Assembly (NCBI RefSeq): GCF_000143415.4
Contig: NW_003314402.1
Coordinates: forward strand, 1-7,533
Direction: 5' to 3'
DNA length: 7,533 nucleotides
Source: Selaginella moellendorffii
Lineage: Eukaryota; Plantae; Lycopodiophyta
Below the pieces are notes generated by a model, which worked only from the letters and a program-made list of their open reading frames with translations, was not told the DNA's origin and searched no databases. The stretch's first letter is position 1; each line of letters opens with the position of its first letter. This document shows positions 1 to 7,527 of the stretch, piece after piece. The translations under genes were made by a program, and so were the position numbers.

Positions 1-1151
1 TGAGGATGTGGGGAGGAATGTGTACAGTACTAGGCCTGAACTTTATATGTTTGTGTGAGTGTTTATGCTTTTAGCAGCAACGCTCTTAAGATGAAAAGAA
101 GCGAAGATGTCCCTGGTCTCTGATCAGAAAAGGTTTGTAATAAAGGATATTGCATTTGTTTTTCTGATTAATAGAAAACAACCTGTGAGTAAGAGGCCAG
201 GTCGTGTGATTTTCCTTGTTGGTAAGGAGTGTATCCTCTCGTGGATGCGGCGTACCAGATTCACAGCCCTTCATACTAATAGTATATGGCGTTCTTCTTA
301 ACATGTACCGTGTCTGCTTTTACATTACTTTGGCCCAACTATATGCTCGATGGCTAGTCGGAATCAAGGGTGAGATTGAGGCTGGAAAACCTTGGAAGTC
401 CTTGAGCCCTTTTTATCCATGTTCCCAAATCCATCCAGCTCCGTTTCTGGGTTGAATGGAAAAGTGGAACACTGAAATATTGCAGATGTGGTTGTCCTTA
501 GAGATGCAATGCAATGGTTCTCTACGATAATGTCAAACCAAACTTTTTATATTAAATTTAAAACAAAAGAAAGTTCATATTTATAAACACAAAGATTAAT
601 CTAAACCATCTTTATAAAACACACATATGAAATAAAAGAGAACTTGTTTTCTCTTTTTCCATATTAGAGTTCATGCATGGGCTTCTATTAGAGCTTGTGA
701 TCTCATAAGAATCTGGTGGTTGTGACCGAATTCGCTCAGGGCAGGCAGGTGCATTGAGTTCCATGTGATTCTAAGTTTTGGTTTTGTCTCATGCTTAATT
801 GATCATGTGCATGTGAATAGATGCCACGTCCATGATGCATTCTTTTGAACTAATGATAAAATCTGATGCAACGTTCATTACTTTACAGCAGGTACCCAAC
901 ACATTTTTAGGAGAGCACAACATAGCATTTGCTCTAGCAGCTCTAGTTAAAAACAAAAAACTGTCATAAAGAAGGAAAATTGAAAACACTACTACTACAT
1001 AAAACCAGTAGATTCCATTATAATTATAAGCACAAGATATGTGTAGAAATATGCTAAAATGTGTTTAGGAAAGTTTAAAAATTCTTAACATGTTATAAAT
1101 TATAAACACAAGATTGATTGCTAGATAACAATAATATAGAATATCCAAGAA

Positions 1152-1228
1152 TATATCCACTACCTTCAAACCAGTAAAAAATTCAAGTATATCCACTACC
1201 CCTTGCTTAAGCAAACCAATAAAAAATT
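1152..1228 (+). repeat. Imperfect tandem duplication (two copies) with a 12-bp palindrome in the second copy
   Basis: TATATCCACTACC at 1152-1164 and 1188-1200; CAAACCAGTAAAAAATT (1167-1183) vs CAAACCAATAAAAAATT (1212-1228); TTGCTTAAGCAA at 1203-1214. Confidence 0.8.
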
Positions 1229-1321
1229 AGAACAATTTGATATATATCTTCTTATATATAAGGTGGCCATTTGAAAATCCCTAACACACTGTTGTTCTTA
1301 TAATAGAAACAAATGACCTAC

Positions 1322-1458
1322 CAGCCCGCTTGTCAGAAAAATGAGCCTTGAGATATTCTACAACTAGCTGCTTGTCTCCTTGGCTAGAATGTCTTTATAG
1401 ACTGTTTGTTGAGCTCAGGAGCAAGACCATTCCTGCAGTCCCTCCACATCCATAGTCC
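1322..1458 (-). other. Exon-like segment (possible pseudo-exon) of unknown gene
   Basis: Pyrimidine tract and acceptor TTCCCATTTTCTTTTGGCAG| (AG at 1460-1459), donor G|GTAGGT (GT at 1321-1320), 137 nt, GC-richer than its flanks. The best frame has one TAA (1397-1395). Confidence 0.3.
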
Positions 1459-1996
1459 CTGCCAAAAGAAAATGGGAATGTCATGATGGTGAAACTTATG
1501 CAACACTAGACACTAACAACTCATATGACTTTTGTCAGCCAATACAGTTCGGAAATGCATCTACAATTTCCTAGAAGACATGTTAATGGACACTTCTTCC
1601 CTTTGTGTGAAGAATGAAAAATATTTATGATCTGCATATTCTTTCAAATAGTGTGTAGTCAGTGAATTTGAAGAAAAAAAAAAGGAAATATAAACTCCAA
1701 ACAATTGTTAAAAAAAAAGTAAGAAATTTTATGAAGACAATTCTAGCATATCTTGAGCATAAGATTGAGTAGATTTGCAAGAGCAGAGAAGAGACTTGAC
1801 ACGAACCTTCTGCTGCCACAATACATAGAATAAATTTGTTGTAACCTATTTCTTTCTGTAAACAATATGGTGATTGATCTCAAGAATGTTCATTTGTGTA
1901 AACTTTGATTTGTGAGTTGTGTAAGCTAGGTCTTGATAGAACGATGAGATTAGAGAGATAATAAAGATTCATATAAAGGAAGAGAATGGCTAAAAG

Positions 1997-2369
1997 AATG
2001 TTTAAATATCCATAAACCTTATTGCCACTAGAGCTGCCACATTTGTTGCTAAAAAGAATCCGTGCAATGTAATCATCTACTAATGCTGGCCACAGAGGAG
2101 AGAGTAGCAACTCCTCCCAAATTAGTTATTATAGAAGCCTTTTCTTTCCCTATACAACTTCTTTCAAGTGCCCTATGGCAATTGTAAGCTCCCCAACCCA
2201 AAGGTAAGATCTTCCATTTCATGGCAATAGTAAAATAGGGAGTTTTTATTGTGCCATGGCCAAAATTTCTTATTTTTTCTAAGATTTGATATAATATGAT
2301 ATTTTTGGCCAAATAGGGTTTTTGAGTGAGACCATAACCTTGTGAGTGGCAATGGTACAAGAAAAGCAT
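1997..2369 (-). mobile_element. Putative relic of an L1-type LINE ORF2 endonuclease (APE-like) N-terminus
   Basis: Colinear degenerate motifs across several frameshifts: TIATHKV-GL (2356-2328; cf. xATxNVxGL), KIRNF, PILLL-HE (2239-2218; cf. DIxxLQE), GGVAT-LSPLW (2117-2090; cf. GGVAxL), YGYLNI (2014-1997; cf. xxxNIYAP). Order and spacing fit, but each motif is decayed. Confidence 0.5.
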
Positions 2370-2493
2370 TCAATACGTACTATTGGGCAAGAGTGGTTCT
2401 AGAGAGGGAGTGATCATTGGCATGTGGCACCACTATGGTGGTGGGCAGAAGGGTGTTGTTAATCATGAGGTAGTGATAATCTTCTGAAGAGCT

Positions 2494-3327
2494 AACAACC
2501 ACACATATTTCATCAAATGCTTTATATTTGTTCTTTTTGCTTCTGTGTTCATGGCAAACAAATGATGAAGTCCATAAAGATACTATATCAATGGCTCTAA
2601 GGAATAAACAAAGATTGCAAAAGTCCCCCCGGCTTTTCTTATGGCACCTTAACTTGTTGATAGAGCTCACATGATTTACAATACTCAAGGGTATTAGTTT
2701 TTATATTCCTCCAATAAAAAGTGCGTGTAATCAATTCGTATGTCTTTTTCCCCCCAAAATGACCAGCCTCTGGATGATCATGATAATGGAATAAAACTTG
2801 AGTAATTAATGCATCCACTTGTGGCAAATATACATTGCCATTATAGTAAAGAATCCCATCCACTAATGAGAAATATGCTTCCATTTGGGTTTGCAAAGAA
2901 ACCACCTTAGCATCTTGAGCCTGAGCACACTCAACAAACTACCCAAATTCGTTAACCACCTTATTTAAATGATGATAAAACTGTGTTTGTAACACTATCA
3001 TATAACAAATATGAAATAAAGCATTTGCCACCACATTCAATTTTCCTAGATGATGCTTAATAAGAAACTCCCTAAACTCTATGAGTTTGACCATCCAACG
3101 AGTTTGCTTAGTGTTCAATTCTTTCTTTGTGAAAAGATACACAAGAGGTTTGTGATCCATTAACACCATAAATATTGCTAGTGATGCCATATCCACAAAC
3201 CATGAATAATGGAGAATAACTCTTGCTTATATGTAGAACAACATTGCTTTATAGGATGTAAAGTTTGACTCTCATATTCAATAGGTTGTCCCTCTTGCAT
3301 GAGAACTCCTTCCAGTGCATAACCACT
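2494..3327 (-). mobile_element. Second, more decayed Ty3/Gypsy fragment (element B): RNase H, integrase zinc domain and first part of integrase core; chromovirus-like
   Basis: SGYALEGVLMQEGQPIEYESQTL...YKQELFSIIHGLWIWHH* (3327-3178); MDHKPL..KQTRW..HHLGKLNVVANAL; GILYY..YLP..HYHDHPEAGHFGGKKTYELITRTFYW..CKSCELYQQVK; PGGLLQSLFIP*SH*YSIFMDFIICLP*TQK (MD at 2575-2570); then FDEICVVV in another frame (to ~2494). Visibly AT-richer and more stop-ridden than element A. Confidence 0.9.
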
Positions 3328-3328
3328 C

Positions 3329-4460
3329 AAAGCATTTCAGCCGTTGCACATGCACAATCTCTGGAGGATCGGCCTGCTGAACGTCATGCCGAACCTCATA
3401 AACTTGTGGTCCAACTTGCCGCAACACTCGATATGGTCCTTTCCATTGCGCAAGAAGCCCTTAGATAAACCACGTACCGTAAGATGGGGAAAATGGACTA
3501 ACACCAAATCATCCACTTTGTACTCCGCAGGTGGATGATGATGGGAGTTGTAGCGCCATTTTTGTCCCACTTGTACGTGGCCTAAGTGTTCGGCAGACTC
3601 TGCTCGGACAAGTGGAAGAATGCTCATCAAATATTGATCCCATGATCTAGCATCGATAGCTCGTGGCAATCGCGAAGGTAAACCCAGCTCCGTTGGTAAC
3701 ATTGGATCATAACCATATAAGAGTTTATATGGTGAAACACCAACAGAACTTTGCACCCCTGTAACATATGCATACCGAAGAGACGGCAAATAACCATCCC
3801 AATCCGAATGCTGAAAGTTCACATACTTCGCAATCATCCCTTTGAATGTCCGAACGAGACATTCCACCAGACTGTCTGATTGTGGATGATAAGCACTCGT
3901 AAAAGTGCGGCATATCCCCAACCGAGACGTTAAAACATGAAATACCTCAGCCATAAATGCAGGACCATTATCCGAAAGAATCCACTCTGGACAAGAATGC
4001 TGGAACACCACTCGATTGAGGAGGAAGTATCAACAGCAGTTGCAGAGGCGCTAGCAAGAGCACCAACTTCCACCCAACGAGTCAAGCAGTCATAAGCAAT
4101 AATAACATACTCATTGCCAGCAGTCGACCGTGGAAAAGGTCCCATAAAATCAAATGCCACTAACTCAAACGGACGGGAAACCGCAATTGACTCCAACCAT
4201 CCTTCCGCAACACGAGGGGGAGTATTATGAGTTTGGCACCAAAAGCAGCTATGCACATACCGGATAATATCACGTTGCATCTCCGGCCAATAAAAAGACC
4301 TGCGCAGCTTCTCGGTGACACAACGGTGTCCCATATGCCCACCTAGAACAGGAGAATCATGGTAGGCATGGAGAAACTGCGGAATAAACACCGAAGGCAC
4401 CACCAGCCATAAATGATCATCAGGATCCGTCCCCACAAAATAAAGAAAGCCATCTTCAAG
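3329..4460 (-). pseudogene. Integrase of element A (HHCC zinc domain, DDE core, GPY/SH3-like C-terminus)
   Basis: YHDSPVLGGHMG...CFWCQ; AFDFMGPFP (D 4151); frameshift ~4030; ILSDNG (D 3972) to VECL (E 3864), exactly D-X35-E; YHPQSD; SPYKLLYG; frameshift ~3460 then LLAQWKGPYRVLRQVGPQVYEV...EIVHVQRLKCF. Start boundary approximate. Confidence 0.95.
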
Positions 4461-4733
4461 GCGATATTGAGAATGTAAATGCCGAAAAGGCAAGTCATCA
4501 GCAAGTGATGCAGGATTCTCAAACCCATCTCGAAGCCTTCGAATCCACGGCTCAATCTTTTGAGCCTCGCGAACCTTATCAAGAGAAGGTAGATCTTGCT
4601 CTGCTCCTTGTGGACACTGAACGTCAAGGACAGCAACCGTCGACGGCAGTGAATCCTCATCTAAAAAATCCACAGATGCTGGAATAACAGGTTCGTCAGA
4701 AACATGAGAAGTGAGTGGAGAAGGAAGAGGAGC

Positions 4734-5102
4734 TTGAAAAAGGGCATCAGCATCAGCCATAGAACTCCCTGGGCAATGAATAACATCGAAATTATATATC
4801 TGAAGCTTCAAAGCCCATCGAGCCGTACGACCAACTAGGTTCTTCTACTTCAATAATGAAGTAACAATAGCATGGTCACCTTCAAGTAACATCCGAGAAC
4901 CATGTAGATATGCATGAAGTTTTTCGAAACCCCAAACTGCTGCTAAACACTCCTTCTTCGTCGTGGAGTAGTTCATCTCTGCTAGTTGTAATGTACGGCT
5001 TATGTATGCAATGGGATGGCACTAACCAAGCACACTCGAGCTCTCTTGCATCAACACACCTCTAAGACCAATGTTAGAAGCATCCACACACAAAATAAAA
5101 GG
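4734..5102 (-). pseudogene. Ty3/Gypsy RNase H domain of element A (mostly missing from the ORF track because of stops)
   Basis: Manual translation after the frameshift at ~5104: PFILCVDASNIGLRGVLMQ...[43 protein letters not shown]...EGDH...LLK*KNLVGRTARWALKLQIYNFDVIHCPGSSMADADAL. Catalytic D 5084, E 4952, D 4877, D 4748. Confidence 0.94.
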
Positions 5103-5104
5103 TT

Positions 5105-6020
5105 GTGTAGTCAGGATATGCCAAAACTAGAGGAGTCGTCAATAGCTCTTTGAGATCCACGAATGCCCACTCACAATCCGGAGACCAAATGAAAGATGAC
5201 GTTGATGACTTTAGCAATGCTCGCAATGGTGTAGTGCGATCGGAAAGATGATCCACAAAACGACTGAGATACTGCACCTTACCCAAGAAGCGCTACACAT
5301 CATTCACACACTTCGGAGTAGGGAATTTTAGAACAGCCACAAGTTTGTCAGGATCAACTTGCAAACCTTCACGAGAAATACAATACCCAAGATAAGTTGT
5401 GTCCTTAGACCCAAACACGCACTTTGACCGTTTCAGCTTTAAACCAACGTTGCATAGCCGATCCAACACTTTACAAACATCATAAACGTGCTCCTTCCAC
5501 ATCCCCTCTGAGTGGATCAAGACATCATCAATGAAGTCAGCAGTCACCTCCGGCATATCGCAAAGAACCTCGTCCATCATCCGCTGGAAAGTTGCTGGAG
5601 CATTATTCAAACCAAACGGCATCACCAAGAACTCGTACAAACCAAATAGTGTACAAAAAGCAGTCTTAGGAATATCTTCTTCAGCCATCGGTACTTGCCA
5701 ATACCCAGAAGCAAGATTTAGCTTGGTGAACCAACGACTTCGCCCCAGACGATCTAAGAGATCAGTAGTGTGAGGAAGAGGATACACATTTGGGATCGTC
5801 ACTTCGTTTAACGGACGATAGTCGATGCAGAAATGAATACTCCCATCAGGCTTCGTCACAAGATGAGGGTCACATGCCCAAGGACTTCGCGACTTCCGAA
5901 TAACACCTTTCTCCAGCATTTCCTTGACGTTTGCTAGTAAAATCTTAATCTCTTTAGGTGACTGATGACGAATAGGAACCTTGATTGGACGAGCATCCCC
6001 GGTTGGAATCGGATGACGTG
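5105..6020 (-). pseudogene. Reverse transcriptase (with thumb/connection) of element A
   Basis: SRSPWA, KPDGSIHFCIDYRPLN, YPLP, KLNLASGYWQV, KTAF, MPFGLNNAPATFQRMM, FIDDVLI, KC.F, YLG. In-frame TAG at 5295-5293 in DV*RFLG, then continues in the same frame to LAYPDY. Confidence 0.96.
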
Positions 6021-6269
6021 TGGTAATCTTGGCCCCAGACGATAGGTCAAATTCAAAGAGATCAGAATATTCCTTCATGAGCCGGTCAACTGCTGCAACA
6101 CAAAGATCGTCGGAGGGATTGGAAAAGGGAAAAGCAGAACAAGATGGAAACACAGAAGGAAAGAGTGGGGGAACAAAAGTAATGGAAGCAGAGGTAGAAA
6201 TAGAGGGACGAAGAGGTACGGAAGTGAGAGGAATGGATGAAACATAAGGAAGTATGAGATAAAGGGGAG

Positions 6270-6600
6270 AAGCCTCAAAATCACACTTGGCATGATTGCG
6301 CTGCAACCAATCCATACCAAAAATGAGGTCAAAAGCTTGACTCGGCACCACCCGCAACGATTGCAACTCAAGCTCGAGATCGCCCACACGTACAACCAGG
6401 TCCACCTCATCCCGTGCACATGCATGTGTATGGCTGTTGCCATAAAAAATGAAAACTGGTTCCACCACACGACGCAAGTGTAGACAACAACGTGTGGCAA
6501 CAGGTCGAGCAATAGAAGATAAACTCGAACCTGTATCAACCAACACAAAGAGAATAATAGGAGACCTCTTGTTATAAAAACGAGCTTGGAAAGTAAACAC
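6270..6600 (-). pseudogene. Retropepsin-type aspartic protease domain of element A pol
   Basis: VLVDTGSSLSSI (catalytic D at 6537-6535) and DLIFGMDWL (6330-6304). Boundaries approximate. Confidence 0.9.
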
Positions 6601-6650
6601 TGGATAAACTGGTGCCGAGTGAACCCCTTGATGATACTCCCGAAAGAAAG

Positions 6651-6714
6651 ATGGAGGGGTCACTGATTTATTCGCGCAAAGTCCCTCCGTTACTCGCGCA
6701 ACTCCTCGTTTCCC
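6651..6714 (-). promoter_or_regulatory. Programmed -1 ribosomal frameshift signal at the gag-pol junction (slippery heptamer G GGA AAC + predicted H-type pseudoknot)
   Basis: GGGAAAC at 6714-6708 is phased X XXY YYZ in the gag C-terminal frame, and a -1 slip enters the frame carrying PR/RT. Spacer GAGGAG. Stem 1: TTGCGCGAG (6701-6693) with TTTGCGCGA (6680-6672). Stem 2: loop GGAGGG (6688-6683) with CCCTCC (6658-6653). The gag stop is 5 sense codons after the heptamer. Confidence 0.8.
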
Positions 6715-7527
6715 GGATGCATCTCGGTGTCCAGACCTTCCACTGCAGCAGCACCCACGGGACGTTGCTGACGCCAAGGTCTCCACCCAGGAAATGGAGG
6801 TCGCCATCCGGAAAACGACAGCAACGCCGATAAGTATGACCAACTTCATCACACACCCAGCAGCGAACATCACGGCCACGACCACGTCCTCGCGCTTGTC
6901 CTTGGACTCGAGCAGCAGCAGCATCAACCTCCATTGGAACAGGACCATCACCCATAGGAAGTGGAGCGGAAGGACGTGTAGCGAGAAGTGGAAGAGGCGA
7001 TGTCTCATAACGTTATGCCAAGCGAGAGCATCGTCAAGGGTGGAAGGAGCAAGTGCATGCACAAGTCCGACAAGATCTTGAAGAAGTGCTGGCCACAACA
7101 TTCCTAGCTTGATCTGCTCCGACATATTTGGCTCCGCATGAAGCAAAAGACTTCGAAAACGAACGCCAAATTGCATCACCGACTCAGATGGCCCTTGGCG
7201 AAGGCGATGCAATTGTTGAAAAGCATCATCACAATCATCGGCATGTCCGAAGGCGCATTTGAAGATGTCCGGGAGAACACTCCAATCCCCAAGAGTGGCT
7301 GCGCTCAAACCATTGTACCACTGCAACGCCGTCCCTTGGAGACACATGGGAAACTCACGCAAACGTCGAGCATCATCCCAAGAATGATATGTGGCAATCA
7401 CCGTGAAGTGATCGAACCAATGGTACACATCATCCCCAGGATTCCCGCGAAAGAACTCCGGCCGAACACGAGGATTGGCACCAACAGTAGGAGGAGTTGT
7501 ACCACATGCCGTGAACGTTGCCATCAA
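6690..7527 (-). pseudogene. gag: gag of element A (retrotransposon capsid domain + zinc knuckle), broken over three frames
   Basis: N-part PEFFRGNPGDDVYHWFDHF...LQGTALQWY...LRQGPSESV (Retrotrans_gag-like, QGxxESV motif) runs to LDDALA (~7021). After a 1-nt loss it reads (L)A*RYE...GPVPMEVD...RGRGRGRDVRCWVCDEVGHTYRRC. A third frame reads ...WRQQRPVGAAAVEGLDTEMHPGNEELRE* with TAA at 6692-6690. The frame is open to the window edge, so the true start may lie upstream. Confidence 0.88.
6821..6862 (-). other. CCHC zinc knuckle (nucleocapsid)
   Basis: CWVCDEVGHTYRRC = CX2CX4HX4C, preceded by the typical PMEVD and RG-rich stretch; lies in the frame of ORF 6668..6955. Confidence 0.92.

Noticed and set aside
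1-460. Possible LINE ORF2 C-terminal remnant on the plus strand (CPW..HLFF, LYARW..PWK)
   Set aside because: Motif spacing and order do not fit well and the frames are full of stops. Not supportable without a search.
1670-1720. Two A10 runs as a retroposon poly(A) tail
   Set aside because: No target-site duplication or upstream SINE/LINE body on the plus strand; compatible with ordinary AT-rich or intronic sequence.
3020-3327. Second RNase H downstream of integrase as a Tat-type additional (archaeal-like) RNase H of element A
   Set aside because: It is an ordinary Ty3-type RNase H, lacks its first catalytic Asp at the junction, is followed by its own integrase, and differs in composition and decay. 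It belongs to a different element.
2400-3330. Chromodomain, env-like ORF, PPT or 3' LTR after either integrase
   Set aside because: Both elements are truncated before these positions. No TG...CA-bounded repeat pair, PBS or PPT was recognised in the window.
6110-6270. Strongly purine-rich plus-strand tract as a polypurine tract or regulatory element
   Set aside because: It is the antisense of the Ser/Pro/Phe-rich PR-RT linker, and it has the wrong strand and position for a PPT.
3265-7081. Plus-strand ORFs (3265, 3344, 4505, 5531, 6020, 6292, 6612, 6794) and alternate-frame minus ORFs (3725, 4160, 4343, 6075)
   Set aside because: Short shadow frames of gag-pol with no recognisable motifs.
5293-7527. 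Functional or domesticated gag-pol gene (PEG10-like)
   Set aside because: Indels and a stop in gag, stops in RT/RNase H and many substitutions at conserved residues show neutral decay.
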